A DNA stretch of 64,000 nt from Parcubacteria group bacterium GW2011_GWA2_40_23 (GTDB lineage Bacteria; Patescibacteriota; Patescibacteriia; UBA11705; JABHMO01), in contig LBYP01000002.1 of the NCBI GenBank assembly GCA_000996245.1, positions 5,352 to 69,351 of the forward strand, read 5' to 3'. The notes below the pieces were generated by a model. That model did not search any database. It had not been told where the DNA came from and worked only from the letters and a program-made list of their open reading frames with translations. The position numbers and the translations under genes are program-made. Below, in pieces: positions 9,105-19,364 of the stretch (its first letter is position 1; each line of letters opens with the position of its first letter).

Positions 9105-9216
9105 GGTTTGTCATGCATCATACATCATGTAACACTTTGATACAGGTTACATGATACATGCCGGAGTTAAGCAGTAATTCGTAACATCATTATAAATGTA
9201 CTATTCGTAAAACAAT

Positions 9217-10170
9217 ATGGCTGGTGGAACAAGAGAATTAAAACGTCGTATCAAATCTGTTGCTAGTACTCAAAAGGTAACTAAGGCAATGGAAATGGTC
9301 GCTGCATCAAAAATGCGTCGCGCCATTAATTCGGTTTTGGCTACACGCGATTACTCTAATCTTGCTTGGGCGACTATTATGAACTTGGCACAAAGAACAG
9401 ACTCGGCTTTGCATCCATTATTAGCCAAAAAAGATAAAGTCGAAAGTGTTTGCTTGATTCTAATCAGTTCAAACCGTGGACTTTGCGGTGGATTTAATAT
9501 GCAAGTTGTTCAAAAGGCTATTAACTCAATCAAAAAACACGAAGAGAATGTTAAAGTTACAGATGTAATTACCATGGGAACAAAGGGCCGAGACATTATT
9601 CGTGGTTTTAAATTTAATGTTGCAGCTGATTTTAAAAAACAAGATTTAACTTTAAGAGTTTCCGATGTTTACGCAGTAGCTCATTTGATCATAAAAGATT
9701 TTACTTCTGGGAAATACGATAAAGTTTTTGTGGCTTTTACAGATTTTGTTTCAACTTTAAAGCAAGAACCGCGCGTTAAACAATTATTACCGATCGATCA
9801 AGAACCAGATGAATATCTTGGTGTAGTTGGAAAGAGTGCAGGCGTTGGTACTACAAAAAAGTTTATTCAAGCCAAAGCTGAAAAATATTTGAAAAAAGGC
9901 GAATATTCTTATGAATATGTTTTCGAACCTAATGCTAAAACTGTTTTAGAAGAAATGTTGCCACGTTTAATCGAAACTCAGATCTATCAGGCTGTTTTGG
10001 AATCTGAAGCATCCGAACACAGTGCCAGAATGTTCTCTATGCGCAATGCTTCTGAAGCTGCTTCGGACATGATTAGCGATTTATCATTATCATATAACCG
10101 TGCTCGTCAAGCTGGTATTACGCAGGAAATTGCGGAAATCAGTTCTGCGGCTGAATCTTTAAAAAAATAA
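9217..10170 (+). CDS. atpG: F1 ATP synthase subunit gamma
   Basis: Operon position, and conserved N-terminal (IKSV..TQKVTKAMEMVAASK) and C-terminal helices. Confidence 0.85.
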   Translation: MAGGTRELKRRIKSVASTQKVTKAMEMVAASKMRRAINSVLATRDYSNLAWATIMNLAQRTDSALHPLLAKKDKVESVCLILISSNRGLCGGFNMQVVQKAINSIKKHEENVKVTDVITMGTKGRDIIRGFKFNVAADFKKQDLTLRVSDVYAVAHLIIKDFTSGKYDKVFVAFTDFVSTLKQEPRVKQLLPIDQEPDEYLGVVGKSAGVGTTKKFIQAKAEKYLKKGEYSYEYVFEPNAKTVLEEMLPRLIETQIYQAVLESEASEHSARMFSMRNASEAASDMISDLSLSYNRARQAGITQEIAEISSAAESLKK

Positions 10171-10189
10171 TTCAATTTAAAAATAGTAA

Positions 10190-11563
<1,374 letters not shown>

Positions 11564-11568
11564 ACATT

Positions 11569-12024
11569 ATGGAAAAAATGAATTTTAAAATTGCGACTCC
11601 CGAACGTGTCGTCTTCAAAGAAGACATTGATTCAGTTACTTTGCCAACAAGAGCTGGTGAAATTACGGTTTTACCAAATCACGTCCCACTGATTTCAGTT
11701 TTGCAACCAGGGGAAATAAGAATTCAAAATGAGGGCAAGGAAACAGTTCTGGCCATCTCGGGTGGTTTTGTTGAAGTTTTATCAACCAAGGTTGTTGTCT
11801 TGGCTGACACTGCTGAACGTTCAGAAGAAATTGATGTGGCTCGAGCCGAAGCCGCGATTCGCAAAGCGCAAGAATTGCGTGAACAAAGAGCGGGGGATAG
11901 TCGCGAGTTTGCAGCTCTTTCAGCACAAATTGAAAAAGAATTGGCACGTGTGAAAGTCGGTCGTAAAATGGCGCATCGGGTTCAAATGCAAGGCGCGCAA
12001 AGAAGTCAGCTAGAAAAAGAATAG
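11569..12024 (+). CDS. atpC: F1 ATP synthase subunit epsilon
   Basis: Last gene in the operon; N-terminal beta-sandwich followed by a helical hairpin. Confidence 0.8.
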   Translation: MEKMNFKIATPERVVFKEDIDSVTLPTRAGEITVLPNHVPLISVLQPGEIRIQNEGKETVLAISGGFVEVLSTKVVVLADTAERSEEIDVARAEAAIRKAQELREQRAGDSREFAALSAQIEKELARVKVGRKMAHRVQMQGAQRSQLEKE

Positions 12025-12040
12025 TATAAAGTTATAATAG

Positions 12041-12076
12041 AAGGTCAGAGTTTAATGCTCATGACCTTTTATATTT
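12041..12076 (+). terminator. Intrinsic terminator of the atp operon
   Basis: AAGGTCA-loop-TGACCTT followed by TTTTATATTT. Confidence 0.6.
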
Positions 12077-12118
12077 ATCATGATTTTGCTATAATTCCAT
12101 TGAATAAAAATAAAAAAT

Positions 12119-12616
12119 ATGGTGATTCTAGATTACATTTTGCTTGGTATCATTATCCTCTTGGGAATCTTAGGATTAAGAAGGGGACTAATTCAATCAG
12201 TTGGATCAATCATCGGCATTATTGTGGGAACGCTTGTGGCGAGTCGTTTTTATCCGCTGGTTGCAGATTGGTTTGGCGGATCTAATTTAACAACTTTGCT
12301 AACATTTATTGTAATTTTTAGCATAACTGTTAAACTGGTCAGTATCTTGTTTTGGCTCCTTGGCAAGATCTTTAAGATAATAACCATTCTACCTATAATA
12401 TCGCATTTTGACAGGTTTTTAGGCCTAATTTTAGGGCTTGTAGAAGGGCTGCTAGTCCTCGCAGTGATTCTAAGCTTTTTACTGAAATATCCATTTAACT
12501 ATTGGATAGTAACTCAAATGGGTGCTTCAGTTGTCGCAAAAGTTTTGTTGAAAATCGGGTTTGTGTTTATTCCACTTTTCCCAGATGCTTTGAAGAAAAT
12601 TAAATCATTCATGTAA
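12119..12616 (+). CDS. cvpA: CvpA-family membrane protein (colicin V production protein-like)
   Basis: MVILDYILLGIIILLGILGLRRGLI... four TM helices; typical CvpA N-terminus. Confidence 0.7.
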   Translation: MVILDYILLGIIILLGILGLRRGLIQSVGSIIGIIVGTLVASRFYPLVADWFGGSNLTTLLTFIVIFSITVKLVSILFWLLGKIFKIITILPIISHFDRFLGLILGLVEGLLVLAVILSFLLKYPFNYWIVTQMGASVVAKVLLKIGFVFIPLFPDALKKIKSFM

Positions 12617-12707
12617 TATGTCAAATGTAAAACAGTATAAAAGAAGGGAAAAGGGAAAAGGGATATGGGGTATGGGAGTTAGATCTTCCCTTATACCTTA
12701 CCCCATA

Positions 12708-13490
12708 ATGCTTACCCCAAATAAATTGTTTTTTTGTTTTCTTGCTTTTTTGATTATGCTTACAGGTTGTACTAAAGTAGGTGATTATTCTTTCGTCAAT
12801 TATGGACTTAACACCAAGACCAATGAAATAGTAAAATCCGCAGATGGTCAATCCGTTTCTTGGGTATCACAAGATGTAAGTGGCGAAAAAGTAATGAACA
12901 GAATTTTTTCCGCAACAAACACCGGTAAAAACAAAACAGAACTTTTGAGTATGGAATTAGAGAAGGAACGTTCTTTACGTATTTTAGGTTTTTATCCAGA
13001 GAATAGCGTTTTCGTTTATGCTATCGAATATCAAAATCCAAACTTTGGAGTTGCTGTACAACGAGAAACTTTTTATAAATTTTTTAATGAAGATAATTCA
13101 CACAGTATTGGTAAAGATTATTTACGATTTTTCAAAACAGATCGTGGTGTCATGGGCTTAAGAGTCGGTGATGTCTTAGCTTACTATCAACTATCAATGA
13201 ACAATGCCTATGCGGTTGATTCTAAAAGTAATTACATCCAAGATAGTAAGGTAAAAGCATTATTTACAGATGCACAATTAACTCCTGATCTTAAAAAAAT
13301 TGTCTATACTTTTGAATATGAACCAGCAACTCAAGGCTATAATCAGAATAAGCTAATGGTCAGCGATTTTTATGGGGAGAATCGCAAGGAACTTGTCGCC
13401 TCAGACAAAAGTATTGATATTCTTGAAATGATTGGCAATGATAAAGTTAAGGTCAAAGTCGGGGATGAAGAAAAAGAGTTTTCCTTTTAA
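12708..13490 (+). CDS. Lipoprotein of unknown function
   Basis: Signal peptide with lipobox LTGC (MLTPNKLFFCFLAFLIMLTGC). The internal ATG at 12708 is preferred over 12618. Confidence 0.55.
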   Translation: MLTPNKLFFCFLAFLIMLTGCTKVGDYSFVNYGLNTKTNEIVKSADGQSVSWVSQDVSGEKVMNRIFSATNTGKNKTELLSMELEKERSLRILGFYPENSVFVYAIEYQNPNFGVAVQRETFYKFFNEDNSHSIGKDYLRFFKTDRGVMGLRVGDVLAYYQLSMNNAYAVDSKSNYIQDSKVKALFTDAQLTPDLKKIVYTFEYEPATQGYNQNKLMVSDFYGENRKELVASDKSIDILEMIGNDKVKVKVGDEEKEFSF

Positions 13491-13500
13491 GTAAATTATG

Positions 13501-13532
13501 AAGAGGCGAGCTAGGCTCGTCTCTTTTTGTTT
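13501..13532 (+). terminator. Intrinsic terminator (GAGGCGAGC-tagg-GCTCGTCTC followed by TTTTTGTTTT)
   Basis: 9-bp stem with one G.U pair, plus a U tract. Its two halves recur as direct repeats at 14270-14280 and 14325-14341. Confidence 0.6.
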
Positions 13533-13705
13533 TCATATAAATATCAATTGTCTAGTAGAGGAGAATATGGATAATTTGTAATTCGTAAAATAATGTTTAA
13601 ATTTAGCTAAAATAAGTAAGTGTCCATATGATTCCTGTTGACAAACATAAGAAAGTATGTTATTGTTATGGCAATTGAACCTGTGCTACAACGATGGAGG
13701 AATCC

Positions 13706-13990
13706 ATGGATCTGATCGGATTGGACATGAAGGCTCGTCAGGCTCGGGAGAAGTTCACGGTCGTGACCAAGCTGGGTGATGCGGTCTGGACGCCGGCGGA
13801 GATCAACCGACTGGTGCACCAGTACAGAACCATCATCAGCACGCTTCCCAGGATGCCCTCCGTCGCGATTCTCGCGGGAGAGTACTCCAAGGACCAGCTC
13901 GTCGCGTTCCTCGGGACGGACAACTTCACCGTCGAGCTGATGGTCGGTCGCCAGAACCCCAAGCTGCCGTTCAGCGCTCCGATGCTCTGA
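13706..13990 (+). CDS. Small GC-rich protein, paralogue 1 (94 aa), unknown family
   Basis: GGAGGA SD 5 nt upstream. Shares KFTVVT..G..VW...RL...PR.SVAI.AGE.SK...LGTD.F.VEL.V with the next ORF. Confidence 0.5.
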   Translation: MDLIGLDMKARQAREKFTVVTKLGDAVWTPAEINRLVHQYRTIISTLPRMPSVAILAGEYSKDQLVAFLGTDNFTVELMVGRQNPKLPFSAPML

Positions 13991-14020
13991 GCGCGGCAAG
14001 TTCGAAAGAGAGGAACGGAC

Positions 14021-14248
14021 ATGCTGGTTCTGTTGACTCCTGCCAAGTTCACCGTCGTGACCTTGTTCGGTTTTGGGGTGTGGCATAAGGACGAGGTTCA
14101 ACGTCTGGCGAACAGGCTGAGAGCCTGCGTCTACACGTATCCAAGGAGGCTTTCGGTCGCGATCATCGCGGGAGAGCACTCCAAGGCTTCGATCGTGGAC
14201 GTCCTCGGTACGGACGACTTCGGCGTCGAGCTGAAGGTCAAGTGCTAG
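14021..14248 (+). CDS. Small GC-rich protein, paralogue 2 (75 aa)
   Basis: AGAGAGGAA SD. About 45% identical to paralogue 1 over the shared core. Confidence 0.5.
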   Translation: MLVLLTPAKFTVVTLFGFGVWHKDEVQRLANRLRACVYTYPRRLSVAIIAGEHSKASIVDVLGTDDFGVELKVKC

Positions 14249-14269
14249 AAACCAGTCACTCAAGGTTTC

Positions 14270-14341
14270 AAGAGGCGAGCAGCTTCGTAGTTGCTCGCCT
14301 TTTAAATTTTAGGAAATGAGACAACTCGTCTCTTTTTGTTT
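14270..14341 (+). terminator. Composite terminator: GAGGCGAGC...GCTCGCC+TTTT, then GAGAC-loop-GTCTC+TTTTTGTTT
   Basis: Two hairpins with U tracts. The outer 11 and 17 nt duplicate the 13501-13532 terminator. Confidence 0.5.
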
Positions 14342-14364
14342 ATTATGCTAATATTTACTTGAAT

Positions 14365-17337
14365 ATGAGCTTATTAGAATCATCAAACAAAGAGCAGCTT
14401 TCAGCTATTATGCATGAGGCTGGGCCTCAGCTGATCGTTGCCGGAGCGGGGACGGGCAAGACGCGAGTAATTACAGCCCGTATAGCTTATTTAATTACAG
14501 AAAAAAACATAAATGTCGACGAAATTCTGGCTTTGACTTTTACTGACAAAGCAGCCGAAGAAATGGAAGAACGTGTAGATAAAATGTTGCCTTATGGCTA
14601 TGTCGACTTGTGGATTTCAACTTTTCACTCCTTTTGTGACAAACTATTAAAACGCCACGCTCTCGATATTGGACTCTCTAACAATTATAAACTTATAAAC
14701 GAAACTGAGGCTTGGTTACTGATTAAAAAGAATTTAGCGCGTTTTGATTTGGATTATTACCGTCCGCTTGGTAATCCAACCAAATTTATTCATGCTTTGC
14801 TAAAACATTTTTCGCGTTGTAAAGATGAGGGCATTTCGGCCGAAGAATATTTGGAATTTGCTGATGGTTTAAAATTGGACTTGGATGTAACTGATTATGT
14901 AAAAAAATTAGATTTGCCAGAAGACTTTGCGGAACTGAAGAAAGAAGAAAAACAAGCGTTGCTCAAACAGGAAATTATTCGAATTAATGAAATCGCTAAG
15001 GCATATCACACATATCAACAAATATTAATCGAAAATGATTGCTTGGATTTTGGCGATTTGCACAATTACGCCATTAAACTTTTTAAAGATCGTCCCTTGA
15101 TTTTAGATAAATATCGACGTCAATTTAAATATATACTTGTCGATGAATTTCAGGACACAAATTTTGTTCAATATGAACTCATCAAGCTTTTAGCAGCTCC
15201 CAAAAATAATTTGACAGTGGTGGGGGATGATGACCAGTCAATTTATAAATTCCGAGGAGCTTCTATTAGTAATATCATGCAATTTAAAGAAGATTACCCA
15301 AACGCGCAGGAAGTTGTCTTAACGGAAAACTATCGATCGGCGCAGGAAATTTTAGATTTGTCATATAATTTTATTAAGCAAAATGATCCTAATCGGTTGG
15401 AAGCGAAGTTGAATATCAATAAAAAATTAAAATCGAATAAAACTGAGCAGGGAGTTATCGATCACAAACATTTTGAAACTATCGATGCTGAAGCGCAGTT
15501 TGTTATAAGTCAGATTCGAGAAATACAAAAAGTAACTCAGTGCGAGTGGAAACAATTTGCCATATTGGTACGTGCCAATGAAAGCGCTAATATTTTTATT
15601 AGTTATTTAGATTCCGCAAATATTCCATATCAGTTCTTAGCATTACGTGGATTGTATACGAAGCCAGTCATTGTTGATTTGCTCAACTACCTAAAGTTGT
15701 TAGATGATTATCATGAGGGAGCTTCGGTTTATCGATTGTTAAATTTCCCATGTTTCAAATTAAAAACTGATCAAATCATCAAAATTGTTCATTATGCAAA
15801 GCAAAAAAGTTTTTCATTGTACGACACGTTGAAGAAGATTGTTATAATTCCTGGTATTGAAATGGAAACAATAACTCAGGTTGGGAAAATATATGCTCAG
15901 GTTGAAGCTGATACTGCTTTGGCACAAAAGAAACGTCCGACCGAAGTCTTGCTAAATTTTTTATACACTTCCGGTTATTTAGAACACGTAAAAAATTTGG
16001 ACGAAAAAATTGCTAAAGAAAATTTAGATTATATCCAACAGTTTTTTCAAAAAGTTAAAGAGATAGAAACCACTTACGAAGATGCGCGCATTAAAGATAT
16101 AGTCGAGGTTTTTGATTTAGAATTGCAATCTGGCGAAGCTGGGCGATTGGCTTTTGATGTTGAAACAGGTCCAGACATGGTAAAGGTCATGACAGTGCAT
16201 GGATCAAAAGGTTTGGAGTTTGACTATGTTTTCTTGCCAAATCTTGTCGACCGTAAATTCCCAACAGACGAACGCAAAGAGGCTATCGAGATTCCAGCAG
16301 CCTTGATTGAAGAAAAACTGCCCGAAGGTAATTTCCATTTAGAAGAAGAACGCCGACTTTTTTATGTGGCGATGACTCGAGCGCGACGTGGTTTATTTTT
16401 TACATCGGCAGAGGATTATGGCGGAGTACGCAAAAAAAGGTTATCGAGATTTTTAATAGAAATGGGTTATAAAAAAGATTATGACATCCAATCGACTGAA
16501 ACTATTTTAATCAAGCCAAGTAAATCATCAGCAGTTGATAAATTTGTTTATGAATTACCAAAAAGATTTAGCTTTTCGCAAATTGCAACTTACGAAAAAT
16601 GTCCTTTACAATACAAATACGGAAATATTTTAAAAATCCCAGCTTTTGGCAGTCATTATTTTACTTTTGGTACAATTATCCACTCAACTTTGCAGAAATT
16701 TCTAGAAGAATCGTATCAAGTTAATAATAATGTTCAAGAAGATTTATTTAGCAATATAAAAAAGACGATTAAAAAGGGAACTTTGCCCTTGGATCGATTG
16801 TATCAAGTTTATGATGATGTTTGGTTTGATGATTGGTTCCAAGATCCTAAGCAGAAAGAAGAATATTATAAAAAAGGAAAAGCTTTGCTGAAAAGTTTTC
16901 ATGCTGATTTTAATTCAGAGTTACCAGAAGTAAGAAATCTCGAAATATCATTTAAATTGCCAGTCGGCCCATATTTCTTTTCTGGTAGAATTGATCGAGT
17001 CGATAATTTAGAGTCTGGTTTAGTGCAGATCATTGATTATAAAACCGGGCAAGCCAAGGATGATAAATTAACAACAGATGACAAACGTCAACTTTTATTT
17101 TATCAGATTGCGGCCGAGGAAGCCTTAAAGTTGAAAGTTGAAAAGATGACATACCATTATTTAGAAGAAAATAAGAAAATATCTTTTATGGGTAAAGAAA
17201 AAGACAAGGAAGAATTAAAGAAAAGATTTATTGAAGATATTGAATTGATCAAGGCACAGAAATTCGAAGCCACGCCAAGTCCTTATGTTTGTGGTAGTTG
17301 CGATTATCGAAATATTTGTGAGCATAAAAAATTGTAA
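14365..17337 (+). CDS. UvrD/PcrA-family ATP-dependent DNA helicase with a C-terminal PD-(D/E)XK Cas4/RecB-like nuclease domain
   Basis: Walker A AGAGTGKT, DEFQD (motif II), and a C-terminal Cys cluster (CPLQYKYG ... CGSCDYRNIC). The ATG at 14365 is preferred over TTG at 14359. Confidence 0.85.
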   Translation: MSLLESSNKEQLSAIMHEAGPQLIVAGAGTGKTRVITARIAYLITEKNINVDEILALTFTDKAAEEMEERVDKMLPYGYVDLWISTFHSFCDKLLKRHALDIGLSNNYKLINETEAWLLIKKNLARFDLDYYRPLGNPTKFIHALLKHFSRCKDEGISAEEYLEFADGLKLDLDVTDYVKKLDLPEDFAELKKEEKQALLKQEIIRINEIAKAYHTYQQILIENDCLDFGDLHNYAIKLFKDRPLILDKYRRQFKYILVDEFQDTNFVQYELIKLLAAPKNNLTVVGDDDQSIYKFRGASISNIMQFKEDYPNAQEVVLTENYRSAQEILDLSYNFIKQNDPNRLEAKLNINKKLKSNKTEQGVIDHKHFETIDAEAQFVISQIREIQKVTQCEWKQFAILVRANESANIFISYLDSANIPYQFLALRGLYTKPVIVDLLNYLKLLDDYHEGASVYRLLNFPCFKLKTDQIIKIVHYAKQKSFSLYDTLKKIVIIPGIEMETITQVGKIYAQVEADTALAQKKRPTEVLLNFLYTSGYLEHVKNLDEKIAKENLDYIQQFFQKVKEIETTYEDARIKDIVEVFDLELQSGEAGRLAFDVETGPDMVKVMTVHGSKGLEFDYVFLPNLVDRKFPTDERKEAIEIPAALIEEKLPEGNFHLEEERRLFYVAMTRARRGLFFTSAEDYGGVRKKRLSRFLIEMGYKKDYDIQSTETILIKPSKSSAVDKFVYELPKRFSFSQIATYEKCPLQYKYGNILKIPAFGSHYFTFGTIIHSTLQKFLEESYQVNNNVQEDLFSNIKKTIKKGTLPLDRLYQVYDDVWFDDWFQDPKQKEEYYKKGKALLKSFHADFNSELPEVRNLEISFKLPVGPYFFSGRIDRVDNLESGLVQIIDYKTGQAKDDKLTTDDKRQLLFYQIAAEEALKLKVEKMTYHYLEENKKISFMGKEKDKEELKKRFIEDIELIKAQKFEATPSPYVCGSCDYRNICEHKKL

Positions 17338-17370
17338 AAAAAGGGCCACGCAAACTTGTGTCTGCGTGGC
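17336..17370 (-). terminator. Intrinsic terminator, minus strand, of the GC-rich secreted-protein gene
   Basis: GCCACGCA-loop-TGCGTGGC with an A-run on the plus-strand 5' side. Confidence 0.6.
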
Positions 17371-17396
17371 TCCTTGCGACGAGTTGTGACTCGGCG

Positions 17397-18377
17397 CTAG
17401 TTGGTGAGCACGTGGCTGATGTCCATGTCCGGACTGACGATCAGCTTCTGTGCCGTGTTCTCGCCGATGACCTCGATCGCCTCGTTCGGACCCGTACCCA
17501 GGTTCGGGATGAACCCGATCTGGATGTACGAGTACTGCTCGAGGGGATCGACGTCGCAGCGCACGTCGAAGGCCGTCGTGGTGCCCTTGGGTAGGAAGAT
17601 GTCCGTCAGGTCATGGAAGACGAGCTGCGCGTTCCATCCCTCGGTGTTTACGTAGGGTTGACCCTGGTAGGCCAGGGTGTGGCCACCCGAGATCAGGCTG
17701 CAGTTGCGCACCTTCTCGAAGTGGTCCCCGGTCATCATCATCGACAGCGTGACCTCGGTGAGAACGCCGTCCTCGGCGTAGGCCGTGTCTTCGGCGTCGA
17801 CCATCAGGTAGAACGTGAACAAGTGGACCTGCGAACCTTCGACGAGCAGGTTGCTGGTTTCCTTCTTCCAGACCATGACGGTCGAGAATTGCGGCTCCAT
17901 GTACGGCGCGCAGACTTCTTCGACGGAGCAGTAGAACGTACGGTTGCCCCTGGCGATGGCGTCGTAGAAGGCTTGGAAGTTGCTGTGCCAGACGTTCATC
18001 ATCGCGATCTGCTTCTGCGCCGCGATCCGTCGCAGCTTGTAGGTCGGGATCATGGCGATGGGGTATTTGGGGTCTCCCGCCAAGGCCAGCTTGATCTTCC
18101 AGGTGTTGGTCGTCGCGTTCTGCGTCGCCTTGGCCAGGAACTGGCCCTCGTACTGGAAGTAGTAGCTGATGTTGTCGGTGAAGTTGGTCCACCCGACGCA
18201 GTCGGTGCCGTACCAGTCCGGCAACTGGCCGGTCAGGTTGAAGTAGTCGATGCTTTCCTGGTTGTACGTCTCGGCGACGTACTTGAGGTCGGCGAAGGTC
18301 TGGGGCGGACCGCCCCCGGCGTACGCGGCACTCGAGAAGCACAGGACGGCGAGCAGGGCGATGAGGGTCTTCTTCAT
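17397..18377 (-). CDS. GC-rich secreted protein of unknown function (326 aa)
   Basis: Signal peptide MKKTLIALLAVLCFSSAAYA. GAAGGAGGAA SD. Consensus promoter upstream. Natural amino-acid composition, unlike the overlapping frames. Confidence 0.6.
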   Translation of the reverse strand: MKKTLIALLAVLCFSSAAYAGGGPPQTFADLKYVAETYNQESIDYFNLTGQLPDWYGTDCVGWTNFTDNISYYFQYEGQFLAKATQNATTNTWKIKLALAGDPKYPIAMIPTYKLRRIAAQKQIAMMNVWHSNFQAFYDAIARGNRTFYCSVEEVCAPYMEPQFSTVMVWKKETSNLLVEGSQVHLFTFYLMVDAEDTAYAEDGVLTEVTLSMMMTGDHFEKVRNCSLISGGHTLAYQGQPYVNTEGWNAQLVFHDLTDIFLPKGTTTAFDVRCDVDPLEQYSYIQIGFIPNLGTGPNEAIEVIGENTAQKLIVSPDMDISHVLTN

Positions 18378-18447
18378 CTCGGATTCCTCCTTCGGACGTT
18401 TCGAACCTTAGATCGATGGTGTACATCACCAATCTCTCTTTGGCACC

Positions 18448-18476
18448 ATTCTAGCATGTTTTTAATAAATTGTCAA
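18448..18476 (-). promoter_or_regulatory. Consensus sigma-70-like promoter (TTGACA-N17-TAGAAT) for the secreted-protein gene
   Basis: Minus-strand -35 at plus 18471-18476 and -10 at 18448-18453. Confidence 0.5.
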
Positions 18477-18661
18477 ACCTATTTTCATCGTTTTGCGAGC
18501 CTGCCTGCCGGCCAGGCAGGGAGCACTTTCGTTAAAAAGCGACGTGGCAATCTCTAATTCGATTTCTAATTAATCAAATCAATAGGTTATACATTTTTAT
18601 TCGTAAATTTAGCAAAATACTAGATACTGTCTAAGCGAACCTAACTGCAAATCGAGGATAC

Positions 18662-18696
18662 TAATCATGATAATCATGAAAATCATAGTTAATCAT
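18662..18696. repeat. Array of four (T/A)AATCAT direct repeats at 9-10 bp phasing
   Basis: TAATCAT at 18662, 18671 and 18690; AAATCAT at 18680. Same motif and phasing as 299-343. Confidence 0.4.
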
Positions 18697-18699
18697 GGC

Positions 18700-18735
18700 A
18701 AAAAAGAGCCCCACCGTTCGCGACGAACGGTGGGG
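18700..18735 (-). terminator. Intrinsic terminator, minus strand (perfect 12-bp stem CCCCACCGTTCG/CGAACGGTGGGG)
   Basis: Stem at 18709-18720/18724-18735 with A6 on the plus-strand 5' side. Confidence 0.7.
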
Positions 18736-18740
18736 CAGGG

Positions 18741-19364
18741 CTAGAAGTTCCAGACCAGGCGCAGGTACAGCACGTGGTCACCCGCGATCTCCGGCGTGAA
18801 GTCGTAGGCGACCCAGATTCGGCCCGCGCCGAGCAAGATCGAGGGGCCGATGGCCGCCTCGTCGAACGTCTTCTCGGAGAAGAAGTTCTCCTGGACGATG
18901 CCGAACCCAGCGATGTTGCCTGGCTTCATCCAGTCGAGGGTGGTCAGCGTGTAGTAGTTCCGCTGCACGTGCCCCTTGTCGCCGTCGACAGGGAAGTAGA
19001 CGTCGCCCTCGACGCACAGGAGCAGGTCGCTTGGCAAGGGCTGCGTGAGCCAGATGCTCGCGAGAGCGGACATGCCGCCGTCGTTGGTCATCCAGAGACC
19101 TCCCAGGAGCTTGAGGTTCGTCTTCGTCGACAGGACGCTCATCTCCGGCCCGAAGTAGCCGAAGATCATGGAGTTGCCGCGCATTGACACCAGGCCGGTG
19201 GCGTGGGCGTAGATGCCGCCCGTGATGTTCTCGCTGAGCGTGAACGGGGAGAAGGTTCGGCCCAGGGTGACCAGGAACTGGCCGTTGGACTCGACCTTGG
19301 CCTCGGCGGCCGTGGGGATGATCATCGCACACAGCAACAGGATCACGAGCAGGAAGCGCTTCAT
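18741..19364 (-). CDS. GC-rich small outer-membrane beta-barrel-like protein (208 aa)
   Basis: Signal peptide MKRFLLVILLLCAMIIPTAAEA. C-terminus ...YLRLVWNF (alternating hydrophobics ending in Phe). GGAGG SD. TTGACT promoter-like sequence upstream. Confidence 0.5.
   Translation of the reverse strand: MKRFLLVILLLCAMIIPTAAEAKVESNGQFLVTLGRTFSPFTLSENITGGIYAHATGLVSMRGNSMIFGYFGPEMSVLSTKTNLKLLGGLWMTNDGGMSALASIWLTQPLPSDLLLCVEGDVYFPVDGDKGHVQRNYYTLTTLDWMKPGNIAGFGIVQENFFSEKTFDEAAIGPSILLGAGRIWVAYDFTPEIAGDHVLYLRLVWNF

Noticed and set aside
13607-14263. 218-aa minus-strand ORF and 104-aa ORF 13738-14052 overlapping the small paralogue pair
   Set aside because: Highly repetitive charged translation (RDDRDRK..., ENRDGG...). 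The plus-strand ORFs have SDs, a shared conserved core and natural composition.
17611-18557. 273-aa minus-strand and 314-aa plus-strand ORFs overlapping the secreted-protein gene; 18774-19187 + and 18778-19332 - overlapping the beta-barrel gene
   Set aside because: Out-of-frame or antisense GC-rich artefacts (Arg/Gly/Asp runs). The chosen frames have a signal peptide, SD, promoter and terminator.
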